Source: Octopus sinensis
Taxonomy: Eukaryota
Assembly (NCBI RefSeq): GCF_006345805.1
Contig: NC_043013.1
Location: 27,156,001-27,220,000 of the forward strand
DNA: 64,000 bases
Direction: 5' to 3'
Of the stretch, positions 11,371-25,265 are shown in pieces. Within the stretch, counting starts at the first letter, position 1; the number at the start of each line of letters is the position of its first letter. The position numbers and the translations under genes were made by a program. Under the pieces are notes generated by a model. The model worked only from the letters and a program-made list of their open reading frames with translations. It made no database searches and was not told the origin of the DNA.

Positions 11371-12648
11371 TGACTAACCAAAAAAAAAAACTTCATAAAA
11401 TTTTGCTATAAGACATTTTAATTTAATAAAAGGAAAAACTGTTTATGTATAAGCAACCAGTCTATGCTGGATGTGACTGCTAGCGTTAAATAAGAACCAG
11501 AGACGATAGGAAACAATTGAATAAGTAAGGTTTACCAATCTGAGCAAAGCACACGGTCTTGTGGGGAAATGTGAAGTCTAACAATTCAGGAGGAAGGGGT
11601 CTTTCAAACAAGATTTCTCCCCCCCCCCCCTCTGAGGAAGTAAATTACCTGAAATGACAAAATTTATATCTCCATTGCAGCATATAAATTTATCCAGATT
11701 AATTTACTGCCACTTTTGAAGCACCCAAGTCAATAATTCTGAAGAAATTTGACATTTAGTTAGACTGTATGAGACACAATTTCAAACCTAACATGTATAG
11801 CATTTGTAAAAATGGTGACTTTTCACATTAAAAACCTTGAAAATTACCTCTTCTAACAAGTGTAGAATCTGCATTTGTGAAATATTTAAGCATGTTTGGC
11901 TGCAACAAAGTGGAAAATTCTCTAAGAGATCTGACAGTTTCTGAGTTGATTCCAACTCACAAAGTGTCAAATATCTTGCAAATCATTCATTTTGTTTTAT
12001 CCAAACATGCTTAGATATTTCACTCACATAGGTTATGTTTATCCATCACAGAAGGATAAAAAGCAAAGTTGAACGCAACTCTCAACTGGATTTGAACTCA
12101 GAGAATAGAAACACACAAGTACTTTGTCTGACATTCTACAAATTCTGCCATTTCTCTGATTTTGTGTGTGTGTGTGTGTGTCGTACAAGTGAAGTTGATT
12201 TGTTTCCTGTCTTCCATGAAAGACATGTCTAGTCATGGAGAGATATTACCCTGCCTAGAGACTGGGAAGACTGGTGATGGGAAGGGCATCCAACCATAGA
12301 AAAGGTGCTTCAGCAAATTTTGCATGCATGGAAGAGTGGATGTTAAATGATGATGATGATAATGGTGATGGTTATAATTTGTTATGTGATTTTTTTTTTG
12401 CTCTATGAAGAAAATATTAAATTGTGATGTTTATATTCTTTGTCTTCTAACTCTACTAGTGACACAAAATTGTTCCATTCAAAAAATTAGACCTGAAACC
12501 TTCAGCATTTAAACTGGCCATATCCAGCCCTAATATTGTACGTTTTGTTTTCAAACCAGCCAGATTGCACTTCTCGCACCTATCCTACAATGTCATTCTA
12601 AAAATAAACAATCACATCACCAAAACCTTGAAGCTACAAGATAATGTA

Positions 12649-13452
12649 CGAGGTCTGATCAATAAGTATCCGGACTGTTGCCAACTCACTTCTGCTGTTT
12701 ACAGCAGTGCTTGAAAGGAATATGTGTAGCATGTGATTGTTGCATTGACCACAACAGAGAAAGTTGTCATGGCAATACCTGCTCAGAGGTCTACGTAAAG
12801 TTGCAGAAAGTGTATGGAGAGAAAGTGTATGAGGCCACATAAGTGTACAAATGGTTCAGACATTTCCAAGATGGCCAAAATAATGCCAATATTGATGAAC
12901 ATTTTGGGAGACCCACAACCAGCAGAACTGAAAAAATCATCACAAATGTGCATGCAGCTGTGAGGGGAAATTGTTGAATCACCATCCATAAGTTATCAGA
13001 GGATGTGCAGATTAGTTACGGTTCAGTTCAGTCCATAATCAATGAAGATTTGGGTATGAGAGCGTGTCTGGTGAGTTTGTGCCAAAACTGCTTTCAGCTG
13101 ACCAAAAAGACGCTCGGGTTTCAGTTGTACAAGATCTCCTTGATTGTGTTGCAAACAATGAAAACTTTTTGAAAACTTTGCATAGGCCTCTGAGCAGGTA
13201 TCACCAAGTTTTTGGCAAAATTTGATGCAGATTCTATGCTCAACTTTCTCTGTCACAGTCAATGTGACGATCACACACTACACACGTTCCTTCCAAATAT
13301 TGTAAACAGCAGAATTAAGCTAGTGCATTAAAACTTAGTTCTCATGCACAGTAGAGTTCACGGTCCAATATATGCCAAGTGGCTTTACTCTGTGTGCTTT
13401 AGCTTCATTCATTACTATGGCAACAGTCCGTATACTTATTGATCAGACCACA
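12649..13452. mobile_element. Defective mariner element with ~35-bp TIRs and TA duplication, built from two inverted 5' ends
   Basis: TA-cgaggtctgatcaataagtatccggactgttgcca ... tggcaacagtccgtatacttattgatcagaccaca-TA; + strand broken transposase N-terminus (KWFRHFQDG, GRPTTS, EDLGMR, FVPKLLSADQK); - strand EKVEHRICIKFCQKLGDTCSEAY. Confidence 0.9.
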
Positions 13453-13469
13453 TATGTTCATAATTACTT

Positions 13470-13850
13470 CATCATCATCGTTTAGCGTCCGCTTTCCATG
13501 CTAGCATGGGTTGGATGGTTCAACTGGGGTCTGGGAAGCCAGAAGGCTGCACCAGGCCCAGTCTGATCTGGCAATGTTTCTACGGCTGGATGCCCTTCCT
13601 AACGCCAACCATTCCGTGAGTGTAGTGGGTGCTTTTTACGTGCCAGACAAGGCTGGCAAACGGCCACGATCGGATGGTGCCTTTTACGTGCCACCGGCAC
13701 GGAGGCCAGTCGGGGCGGCGCTGGCAACGGCCACATTCAGATGGTTCTCTTACGTAACACCGGCACTGGTATCACAGCTGCAATTTCCATTGATGTTGAT
13801 CGATTTTGATTTCGATTTTCACTTGCCTCAACAGGTCTTCACAAGTGAGC
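13470..13850 (-). mobile_element. RTE-type 3' UTR/tail
   Basis: Reverse complement of the 5970-6390 UTR and tail. Confidence 0.75.
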
Positions 13851-14867
13851 TTATATAAATAAATAATAGGCATTACATTGAACAGAGTAATCTTGGTCAT
13901 ATCCAGCCAAAATATTCTTTGTGTTACATGTTCAAACTGACCAGATCCAGCCTTTCACACTTTCCCTCCAGTGTCATTCTACAAATAAACAATTGCATCA
14001 GCAATACCTCAAAGCTGCAAGATAATGTATGATTAATTCAAAATAATATGAATAAATAAGTATTGCACACTTGACAGAATAACCTGAATGCTAAAGGGTT
14101 GAACCTATTTTCACAAACACACATCAAGAACCTGACCTCCATGTCATATGCAATGTTATTGATAATACCTAGAAGGAGGTGCCTTTTTTTTCACCCCGAC
14201 TCAACAAAGTGAATGGTGCTTTGGTCAGGAAGAACAAGTCATCAGATGGTATCCAAAAATCATTGGGTGTTCCAACCCTGAACCATAACATCTTCCCATT
14301 GATCAGTCTGCAGAGATGACCAAATCACTGCTCTTATCTCCTCTTGCTGACCACCTTAACTCCTCTCTCTTGCTCTGTGACCAGCAAGAGGCTCTTCCTG
14401 CTGCCTCTCCTATCATGTGCACAGCCAGCCTTTGTTCTATCACATTATCAGTCTAAATAAGAACAAATCTCAACTATTTTCAGTCCCACATTCTTGTAAC
14501 ATTCTAACATGCCCATGTTTGGTTTTTTTTCTGTTGTTGTTGTTGTTTTTCTATGTATTATTTTTTTCTTCTTTTTTTTTCTCAAAATCTGATCCCTTTC
14601 TGTCATTCCCAATCCACTATCAACCGTTTTGAATCAATATGCTGAGCCATTTTTACCATTCTTTACTGTTGTACAAAAACCTATTTTCTTCCAGTGTATG
14701 ATTTTATTTACTTATTTATTATTTTTTTTTTTTTTAATCTTCTATCTCCTCAATCTTTCACAGCTCTTGTTAATCCCCTATATTCCATTTAATGTGATAC
14801 TAACACTAGAAAGGTTGTGATTAAAGTTCTGTGTGTGTGTGTGTGTGTGTGCGTACATGCATACCTG

Positions 14868-14906
<39 letters not shown>

Positions 14907-15764
14907 TTAGGTATATTTTCTCGCTTTTTATCTCAATTCATCTCTCAACATTCTCATTTAGCTTTCTCTTGCATCTTCTGTTTATCTCCTTCTCTTTCCC
15001 CCTAATTCCTTCTCTTCCCCTCATTTTGTCTCTCTCCCTCTCTTTGTCTCTCTCTCTCTTCCTCCTTTGTTACACATATCTCTTCTTTTCCCTCTCTACC
15101 ATTGTCTTTCACTACCAGGTGACTGTGGAGAGGAGGAGGAGGTGGTGGTGGTAGTGAGAGGAAGTAATTTCTCTTCTCACCCCACCCCTACTCTTCCTCT
15201 GTCATCCTTATTGAAATCCTCTCCTCAAATACATTGACACAGACACAAAGGAATTATTCCCTTAATTTACAAACTTCCTTGTTTTCCCCTTCAGTATCTC
15301 CTCATTGATTACAACCTGACAAATTGCTAGACCAATGTGAGGGGAAACCTCTACAATGTTGTTTGACCTGCTAGAAATAGCAGCCAAATTTCCTTCATAT
15401 CACACAGCAGTCTCAAAAAGAGAGGGAAAGGAACATCAGATAAACAAGTCCAAAGTACACTATCCCCACACTAAATTATTTTGCTGTAAGAAAAAAGTAG
15501 ACTGTCCAGGTTTCAGCTTCATAAAGCAGGGACAAAAGCACTATAGCCTGGTACACTTTACATTTGATTCATACAGAAAAAAAGGGCCTATTTTTCCTTA
15601 GTCTCTCCTGCAACCTGCCAAATGAAGCACTAGCTCTGTTCATTCTGTGTGTGATTTCCTGGTCCAGTTGTGCATTATCTGGGATGGTGCTACTTTAGTA
15701 TTTGTATGTTTTGCACAAGGCTAAGAAGTTAAGTCTAACATTTTGAGCAAGACCCTTTCTTATC

Positions 15765-16160
15765 ATCATCATCATCATCATTTAACATCCGTTTTCCATG
15801 CTAGCATGGGTTGGACAGTTCGACCGGGGTCTGGGAGGCCTGGAGGCTGCACCTGGCTCCAGTCTGATCTGGCAGTGTTTCTACAGCTGGATGCCCTTCC
15901 TAATGCCAACCACTCCGTGAGTGTAGTGGGTGCTTTTTACGTGCCACCAGCACAGGGGCCAGGGGAGGCTGGAAAATGACCACAATCGGTTGGTGCTTTT
16001 ACGTGTCACTGACATGGACGCCATTCAGGCAGCACTGGCATCTGCTACATTCGAACGGTGCTTTTTACGTGTCACCGGCATGGGTATCTTAACTGCAATT
16101 TCCATTTGATTTTTATTTTAATGTTGGTGTTGACGTACTTGACTCAATAGGTCTCCTCAA
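15765..16160 (-). mobile_element. RTE-type 3' UTR/tail
   Basis: Same family as 13470-13850 with (cat)n tail at the left. Confidence 0.75.
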
Positions 16161-16498
16161 GAACAGCAAGTCACTCTACAATCCAAGGTTAGTACAGCAG
16201 GCCGTCCTGCAAGCCAGAAAAATGTTACTCATCTTTGTGACTAAGTCTTCAAGAAGCATTGGATTTTTCTTATTTTCTTCCTCCTCCTCCTCCTCATCTA
16301 ACATCCACTTTTCTATGCTTACATGGATCAGACAGAATTTGTTGAGTAAAATAGGAATCAGAGGGGGTCCATAGGCAAATAATGGTTGAGAACCACCGAT
16401 GTAGATGTTTAATATAGGCAACCAGAGAAGATTCTCAAGCACTAAGTATTTTTATCTTTAACGGAAATACTTACTCCAGTCAGTCATAATAATTGGTT

Positions 16499-16860
16499 GC
16501 AACAAGTGTCATTGAAAACCTACATCTAGTCTATTCTTAATCTTTAAACATAAATCTCGCTCTAGCCCACAGCATGATGAGATAATACCTGATGGGTTAA
16601 TCAGTCGTGTTAATGGATTGTAGCAAGTGTTGTTGCAAATCTGGGTCTTGATTGTTGCAAATCTATATATCTGGTCTATTCTTAATCCTTATGTTTAAAC
16701 GTAAATCTGTCTCTAACCCACAGGAAGACAGGGTAGTACCTGATGGGTTAATCGGTTACAGCAAGTGTCATTGCAAACCTGAGCCTTGTATATTTATTCC
16801 ATTCTTAATCTAAACAGAGATCTGATTCTAAAACCACAGCAAAGCAGAATGAAACCTGAA
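16499..16860 (+). repeat. Diverged ~120-140 bp tandem repeat, 3 units
   Basis: Recurring caagtgt..attcttaatc..ccacag..acctgatgggttaatc. Confidence 0.75.
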
Positions 16861-17433
16861 GAAAGCTGGCTCAGATGATATGTCTGAATTATGATGATAA
16901 AACTAAGAAGGTCTGGTTTTGAAGGAAAACTGGCAAGAAGTTGAAAATGTTAAAAGGAGTTCAATTTATTTTATTTTATTTATTTATTTTTGATGTCTAT
17001 AAGCAATGCCAGATGTAGGTGGTAATGATGGCAGTAATGAGACATCGTTAAGATATAGTCTGAGAACTTCATTATAATTATAGAAGACTCTTTAGATGGA
17101 AGGGGGTGATAAATGCTATGGTAGTAAAAGAGTAAATACACCAATTAAGGCACAAGCTAATAATAACTTCCTGATAATAAGCTATTTAAGTACAAGATGG
17201 TCACTTAATGTTGATAACAAGGTATGATTATGATAAATTAATATCAACTTTGCAAGAAGGCTTTAGTGTAATGTTGTATATATGGCTGATGTGTTCTGTG
17301 TTCTCCTTTTGTTTCAAATGGTGTTCTATGTGAAGAAAAATTTTAAGAACAGAGCCAAGTTATAGACAGTACTTTATCATTTCCACCTCTTTTTTTTTTC
17401 CAACTTTTCTTTACAAAGAATTCCTCTGGTATA

Positions 17434-17464
<31 letters not shown>

Positions 17465-17571
17465 TATATATATATATATATATTATATATATATATATAT
17501 ATATATTAATGTTATGTATTAATGTTGTGTATATGTCATCATCATCATCATCGTTTAACGATGATGATGAT

Positions 17572-17610
<39 letters not shown>

Positions 17611-18564
17611 TGCACACATATATTAATGTTTGTTTTTATGTTATAATAAAAACAGTTTTACATTAAACTGAAGGCTTATCCAATATGTTTAGCAGAGTAG
17701 AAATTTATTATTCTTTAACAAGAACAATGTCGACAGTGACTTCGAAATTTCAGCCAGCTAAGCCATCATCGAGCAGTCTAATGATGACTTAGCTGGCCAA
17801 AACTTCAAAGTTACTATCAAAACTATTCTTGTTACAGGACATATATAAAAGGTGGGTGAGGTGGGGATGGCCTCCCTCATCTGAAGGATTAAAGGGGTGA
17901 TTAACAGCTACATGGACGGGATGCCAAACGGATTCAATGCCAAATGGACATACAGCTGAACAGACAAGATACTGAAGAGACATACGAAAATTAAAATATA
18001 TGATAATCCATTTTATTCCAACAACATGACCATTTGACAGACTAAAATGGTCATTAAACTATGTAAGTAGGAATGGTTTTTTTTTATTATTATTATTATT
18101 TTGTCCATTTGGCTTCTTTGATTCCACTTCTTGTCTTTTGGCAAAAGTGCATTTGGCATCTTGTCTGCTTAGGGATTAAAATGGTAGATATTCAGTTGAG
18201 ATAGTTGTAGAGGATGGTGGAAGTGAAAGAAGTCTTAGTAGGGTGCAGATTGTGAGCGGGGTGCATTTAGTAAGGTTTACGACAAAGCAAGACATGTTAG
18301 TGTACATGAGGTGGGGGAGTGGGAGAGAAAGGGCCAACTCAGGCTTATATTTTAATGGAAGTTTTAGCAGTGCCCAAGCTGAACCGACCAGTTTATAAGT
18401 TTTATGTTTCTGTGCAAATGTATCAAACTTGACCGAGTCCACTTGAAGCAGAAAAATATGAACCATCGGGCTTTGTTCCAATGCCTGCCTGGGGTAGGAG
18501 TTGGTTTCTGTGTGTGTGTGTGTGTGTGCGTGTATGTATATCATCATGTGTGTGTGTGTGTGTA

Positions 18565-18635
<71 letters not shown>

Positions 18636-18664
18636 ATATACACAGCAACAGAAACAATAAAGTT

Positions 18665-18850
18665 TTGGGTATTTAGCTACATTCCTTTCTATACTGAGTT
18701 CAAATCCTGCCACAACTGGTTATTCTTTTCTCATTTTTCTCCCTTCTTGGGTGATAAAATAAGGTAAATACCAGTAATGTATGGAGATTTGACCCTGTCC
18801 TCATTTCTTCCCTTCCCTTTCTAATTCTGGTGCTGTGCCAAAGTTAGAAG
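18665..18850 (+). mobile_element. SINE-B, diverged
   Basis: ctgagttcaaatcc and ggtgataaaataagg..taccagt. Confidence 0.55.
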
Positions 18851-20069
18851 AAATCTATATTATTGAGGCAAATTCACAGTCAACCAATCATCGTTTATTT
18901 CACAGCTTTTCTCTGCCAATTAATCTCTTGGTATTTCTTTCAAGCATTCCTACTTCCATTCTGCAAATTGTATCTAAAATCTGTCCCTCCCTCCTCCCAC
19001 CTACCCCACACACACATGCACACACACATTTGTTTAGTCATTGTAAATGAAGAATTGATATTTTAGTCCTGCTTAACCCTTCATGATAACTCCAAAAGTA
19101 TATAATTAGAATAAATTCTAACTTTATTTTAAAATCTTAAACTATTTTTCTCTCTATGTACAGATATTGTATATGTATGTGTGTATTTATGTATGTGTAT
19201 ATATATGTACATATATGTATATATATGAGTGTATGTATGTGTTTTTGTGTGTATATATGTGTATTTGTGCATATGTGTGTATGTGTGTGTATATATAGAA
19301 TATATATATATAATGTATATATATATATATATAATATTATATATATAATAAATATATATAGATATAGATATATATATATATATATATATATATAAGGATC
19401 TTTTCTTAGTATCTTTATTTGGTCTTAAAGATATTTCTTCCAGCTATGTGTGGTTGGTGCCTGATGTAAAATGATTTCACATTTCACATTTCGCATGCAG
19501 AAATTCTATGTTGCCATAAATCTATTGGCATATACTAAAATGGTAACCTCTTATGATTTGATTCTTAGTTCTATCGCAGTATTTATTGATTTTGCTTTGA
19601 CAAGATTCCTATTTTTATCTGATTGTTATCATGGAAGCAGGATAAGAATTTTATGAATAAATTATTTTGAGGCGAAAGAAAACTCGACATTTTTTCTTTC
19701 GGTTTTGTTGTTGCTTTTTTTTTTCTGTTTTCTATCCTTTCTTTCGTTCTTTGTTTCTGATAAATAGTTATTTCAGTTTGAATTTTATATGAACTTTGAA
19801 AGAAACATAGTTTGTTTTTTGTGCTTGTTTGCTTAGTTTTTATTTTTCTGAAATGTTTGTATCTTAAAATAGTTTTCAATTTTATTTTTCTTCTTTATCT
19901 CTTCTTTATTTTATTTTATTTTATTTTATTTTGCACATTATCAGTTAATTATTCAAATTATACAATAATATGAATTGCAATAACAGAATTGCGTCTGTAT
20001 GTATGTATGTGTGTGTTTGTATATCTATGTGTGTGTGTCTGTGTGTATAGGTATGTTTATAAATATAGA

Positions 20070-20235
20070 TTTCAAATTTCGGCACAAGGCCAGCAATTTT
20101 AAGGGAGAGGTAAGTTGATTACATTGACCCCAGTGTTCAACTGGTACTTATTTTATCGATCAAAAAAAGATGAAAGGCTAAGTCCACTTCTGCGGAATTT
20201 GAACTCAGAACGTAAAAGATGGACAAAATTCTATG
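20070..20235 (-). mobile_element. SINE-B
   Basis: ggcacaaggccagc..ggaatttgaactcagaacg. Confidence 0.75.
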
Positions 20236-20529
20236 CTGTGCGTGCGTATGCGCATGTATGTTTATCTATTTACTGATATACTTACATATCACTTATATGT
20301 TTCAACATCTCTCTCTCTCTCTCTCTCATCAAACATCTCACCCACAAATGAATACTTCAAATACTATTTAAAATAAACTCATAGGAAATTCTGGGTTTTT
20401 ACACGCACACTTGTACATTCGCATGTATATGAAAACTTGAAAATGTAGTGAAAAATATCTGCAATTGCTTCCCCGTGTGTATTTGACCTAATTTGTGTGT
20501 GTGCATGTGCGTATGTGTATGTATGCATG

Positions 20530-20566
<37 letters not shown>

Positions 20567-20721
20567 TAGGAGTTACAGCTCTGATCAGTAATGGACTCTT
20601 TCTTTGTTGTGTCGTGATTAAACAGTTTTAAAATGTGAGACTGTCTTTGTGGATTCAGTCTTGACTTAATTGATACCAACCTCTTGTCTTATTAAGGATT
20701 CACTGTCTTGCAGCTCATGTG

Positions 20722-20768
<47 letters not shown>

Positions 20769-21469
20769 GCATGCACACATACATACACACACGTGTCCAT
20801 GTGCACGCATACATGCACACAATCTTTTGTTGTCTTTCTTCTTCTATTGATAAAACAACTCGTGTTGGTGGTGAAGCACACACACATATACACTCAACCA
20901 TTACCACTACCACCACCACCACCGCCACCACCATCTCTACTGCTGTTCCCGCTGCCAACTGCAGCAACAGCACTGCCAATAACCATTATTAGCATCTGTC
21001 ATAAACACTATCAACACCAAACAGACAGACACACATGCTACTATCATCACCATTGTCATTCATTATCACCATCAGCATCATTATCATAATCATCAGCAGC
21101 AGCAGTATTGCTGATACTGCTGCTGTTGGTGATGGTGGTGGTGGTGGTGCTGCTGCTGCCATGATCACTAACATCAAAGAGAGAGCCTGTAGGCAATCAA
21201 CCAATATGCTAGAAATAGCAACCTCAAATATATTCTGTCTTGAAAAAGAAAACACGCACACGCACACACATTGGAAATGTAGTTTCTGATGTCCAAAAAG
21301 GACAGGATGGTCATGGCTGGAACATCTTTGATCATACCCTCAGTCAATCAGTGCAGACCTGAAGTTTAACAATAACAGCCACACAAAAAAAAGGGAACTT
21401 TATGTAGTTGCCCTACCTGCAAGATATAGTCAAATCTCCCTTAAAAAAAAAATCAGCCTATTTATATTT

Positions 21470-21750
21470 CACCTTTTATATGTTTCAGTCATTGGATTCT
21501 GGCCAAACTGGAGCACCACCTTGAAGGATTTACTTAAACAAATCAATACTATTATTTATTTTTTTATGTTTAGAATTTATTTTGCCCCCCCCCCTACACA
21601 ACGGGCATCTTTCAGTTTCTCTCTACCAAATCCATTCACAAAGCTCTGGTCAACCTAGGGCTATAGTGGAGGATATTTACTTTAGGTGCCAAGCAGTGGG
21701 ATTGAACCTGAAAGCATGTGGTTGGCAAGCATATAGCCATGCCTGTGCCT
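21470..21750 (-). mobile_element. SINE-A, partly deleted
   Basis: Tail tgtttcagtcattgg and head accatgcctgtgcc. Confidence 0.65.
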
Positions 21751-23025
21751 ATTGCTATCTTAAGCAAAAAAGAAAAGAAAAAGTAGGACGTTAAATAATA
21801 CAACATTGTGTCCAAATACAAGATGGGATGGTCATGGTTGGAATGTCTTCATTATTACAAATGTGTTTTATCATATCAGAGGTACCTGAGATTCAACAAC
21901 ATCCAATGTAATGCCATCACCAACACCACACTTTTATCATGTACACATCATCATCACCACCATAATCATCATCATCATAGCCACCACCACCACCATAATT
22001 TATTATCATCTTCTTCACCACCACACCATAATCATCATTACCTCCCCCCACCCATTATCATCATTACCACCATCATCATCATCATAGCCAAACCACCACC
22101 ACAATTATTATCATCTTCTTTACTGCCACACCATAATCATTAACCCCCCCCCATTATCATCATCATCATCATCTGTACCCATTGTTGTAGTTATTCTTGG
22201 TCACACTCCTACATAGACTTTCACCAGATTCTTCATAATGATACTGCTATGATATTCTGGAGATTATTTTCTTCAGGTTTTCCTCAAAGTAACAAAAATA
22301 ATTTCCATGATATTCACCCTTTATTGAAGAACACCTGTATTGGCTAGAAAACATCTCTGTTTTCCTTCTGAAGTGGTGCCATTCTGCTTATCTTCGTTGC
22401 ATTACAAGTTGACAGTCATTGTTTCCATTTAGGGATGGAAGAAGGTTTAAAGACAAATATTTTGCCTGTCAGGCATGATCCATTAGGACTTTGGTTCCAT
22501 TAATCTGGATCTATACCAATGTTATTGCTGTTGTTGTTGTTGTTGTTGGCATTTTTATTTTTATAACTACCATGGTTACTAGAAATATTCCTAATAGAAA
22601 TAAAATATATTTACTTTCTGTTATCTTGTTTGAAATGTTTTTTGGCAAGGCATAATGGGGGATGGGGAGCAGTTTTCGTTAAGGAGGATTGCAGTCAATC
22701 AACATGGTTGTATTGGCTCTGTTGGATAAAAGGTCAACTTGACCTCTCTCCTGCCCCTTTCCTTTCCTCCCTGCATCAGTATTTGAACTGAAATAAAACC
22801 AAACAATTTTCTAAAGTATTTATTTAGCTTTGCACTTAACTGACTCAGTGGTCCTCACCTCACTGCACTCCATATAACACTTCTAGCATTTTCCAAATTA
22901 TCTAATGGTGTTTTTGTTTTTGTTTTTTGATTTATTTAACTCTATGTTTCTCAACCATTTTTCTCCTTTAGATGTCTTTGATTTCTATTTTACTTGAATG
23001 GACACTCTAGACATTCGATGTTTAA

Positions 23026-23227
23026 CCCTTTCATTACCAACCCAGCTGACTACAGATGTCTTATTTTCATAAGTTCTGAATTAAAATCTTCCACCAAACC
23101 TTAGTCACAATTTATATTCCTAACACTAGCTGAATAATAACTAAGTTATTTTACTAAATTCTTTGTTATATTTAAAGTAATTGAAAGAAACACAGAGCAT
23201 CTCAAAATAAATACAGTAGCGAAAGGG
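23026..23227 (+). mobile_element. TTAA-flanked piggyBac-type MITE, family A
   Basis: TTAA-CCCTTT ... AAAGGG-TTTA; body shared with copies at 25060, 28330, 28583, 57532 and 61733. Confidence 0.7.
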
Positions 23228-23279
23228 TTTAGATACCATTTTACATATTTTGTGTCTTGTAGAAATAGAATTAATTTCC

Positions 23280-23765
23280 TCTTTTACTTGCTGGAGCACC
23301 GCCTTTAGTCAAACAGATCGACCCCACTGGACTTACTCTTTGTAAGCCTAGTACTTATTCTATTGGTCTCTTTTGCCAAGCCACTAGTTACGGGGACATA
23401 AACACACCAACATCATCATCTTCATCATCCAATGTTTTAAATCCAGGTTTTGTCCCCATTAACGGTGGTGGCCGGATCTACCTCTGTTCCATAGCAACCA
23501 CCCTCACACCATCCATCTTGCCCAGTTTTAGACATCCTCCCTTCTCAAGCCAACCCTCCCAATCCTCTCCTTCACATTTTCCTCACACAATATATATATA
23601 CAATGGGCTTCTTTCAGTTTCCGTCTACCGAATCCACTCACTAGGTCTTCTGCTATAGCCTGAGGCTGTAGTAGAAGACACTTGACCAAGGTGCCATGCA
23701 ATGGGACTGAACCCAGAACCATGTGGTTGGGAAGCAAGCTTCTTACCACATAGCCACTCCTGCAC
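23280..23765 (-). mobile_element. SINE-A interrupted by an RTE 3' end
   Basis: Tail half 23280-23410 and head half 23590-23765. Confidence 0.75.
23415..23590 (-). mobile_element. Short RTE LINE 3' end inserted within a SINE-A
   Basis: Minus strand CEENVKERIGRVGLRREDV..W followed by gatgatgaagatg tail. Confidence 0.55.
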
Positions 23766-24249
23766 CTAAATTTTAGAAACAAACTCTCATATGAACCCCC
23801 CAGGGGCCATGTGGACCCTGGTTGAGAACCACTGATTTAACCCTTTTGATACCAATCCTGGTTCTATGATACAAAAGCCCTGGTTTAAAGTGATCTGGAT
23901 TCAGGTGATCTACATAAAATTCTATGTTAATTTATATTCCAAACACTAGCTTCATAAAGCATTATATTTCTAAATGCTTCATTATTTTCAAAATTAATTA
24001 AAACAAAGGCAGTATATTTCAACAGAAATATGGTAACAAAAAGTGTTAAGACAGTGGGGTGATATTTGACTGCTGTTTCCAGCAGGCTTGGTAACTATAA
24101 TCTGCTCTATAATTCACTCAAAATGCCATGGGAGCAGCTATTTTAGATGATAATGGTATAACCAGACACCCTGACCCAACGAAATAGTTGTGAAATATCT
24201 TAATTTTATTAAACCCGGTGATTTGTCTTCCCCACTATCAATATTCCAT

Positions 24250-24380
24250 GTGAGGCCTCCACTGTACTGCTGCACCTGAGGCCTCTGCTGTGCCTGTGAG
24301 GCCTCTGCTGTGCCTATGAGGCCTCCGCTGCACCTATGAAACCTCTGCTGCTCCTGCAAAGCCTCTGCTGCACCTGTGAG
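24250..24380 (+). repeat. 20-bp minisatellite (gcctctgctgYRcctRtgag), ~6 copies
   Basis: Units in register at 24281, 24301, 24321, 24341, 24361. Confidence 0.9.
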
Positions 24381-25265
24381 AAACTGATTTGTCTCTCACC
24401 ATCCATGTTGGTAGTCTTAGGGTACCCTCAACTTGGTTTCTATGTTGCATTTTTGTGGAATTAGAATTAAGCTTCCTGCACATGTGTTCTAAGTGTTCTC
24501 TCTCTTATATTTGTTATAGTTTTAAAAAGGGAATGACAGGATCCCTTGGCTAGTGAGAGGGAAGAAGAGAGTTATTCTTTTCAGGCAAAGACCTGGCTTG
24601 TGCATCAGAAAATACAGTATGTTGCAAGCATTTAATTTGCATATTTAAGACCAAAATTAACAACCAAAAAAAGGTAGACAACTTTGGGGGACCAAAAATT
24701 TCATGTGAAATGCAACAGGATTTGGAAAGATAATGATGATGTCTGAATGTTTACATTATATACAGTTTGTATACCAGAAAATGCAATAGCGTAATTTATT
24801 AAAGATATCCAAGGACCAGGTGCTTGTGTTAAATCAAGCAATTGGATGTTAAGCCTAACTCCCAGGAACTGTCCTTCCATACAGTTTCTGTCTACCATAC
24901 CAAATTTCACTCTTGAGTTTTTGGTTAGCTTGAAGCTATGCTAAAAGACATTGGTCCAAGGTGCTGTGCAGTGGGATCAAACCCCAAACCCATATGGCTT
25001 AACAAAATGAACTGCTTAACTATACATTCATGCCAGAAACACACATGAGAATCTTTTGATAGCAACCCAGCTGAAACCAGCTCTAACTCTGTAGTATAAA
25101 TGTAGTATAAATGTCCTTGATTTCATAAGTTTTGAATTAAAATCTTCCACCAAACCTTAGTCACAATTTATGTTCCTAACACCAGCTTAATGACAACTAA
25201 GTTATTTTACTAAATTCTTCGTTATATTTGAAGGAAACCTCAGCAGGATTAAATAAAGGAAAATT

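Noticed and set aside
18179-18400. Open stretch GRYSVEIVVEDGGSERSLS, vaguely cadherin-like
   Set aside because: No DxNDN/DRE motifs, bounded by stops, no good splice sites; more likely an old LINE remnant.
19443-19540. Exon-like segment (tttcttccAG .. ATG|GTAACC)
   Set aside because: Stops in all three frames; at most a non-coding or poison exon with no support.
24250-24380. Regularly spaced short repeats as a CRISPR array
   Set aside because: Head-to-tail units with no unique spacers, no cas genes, eukaryotic context.
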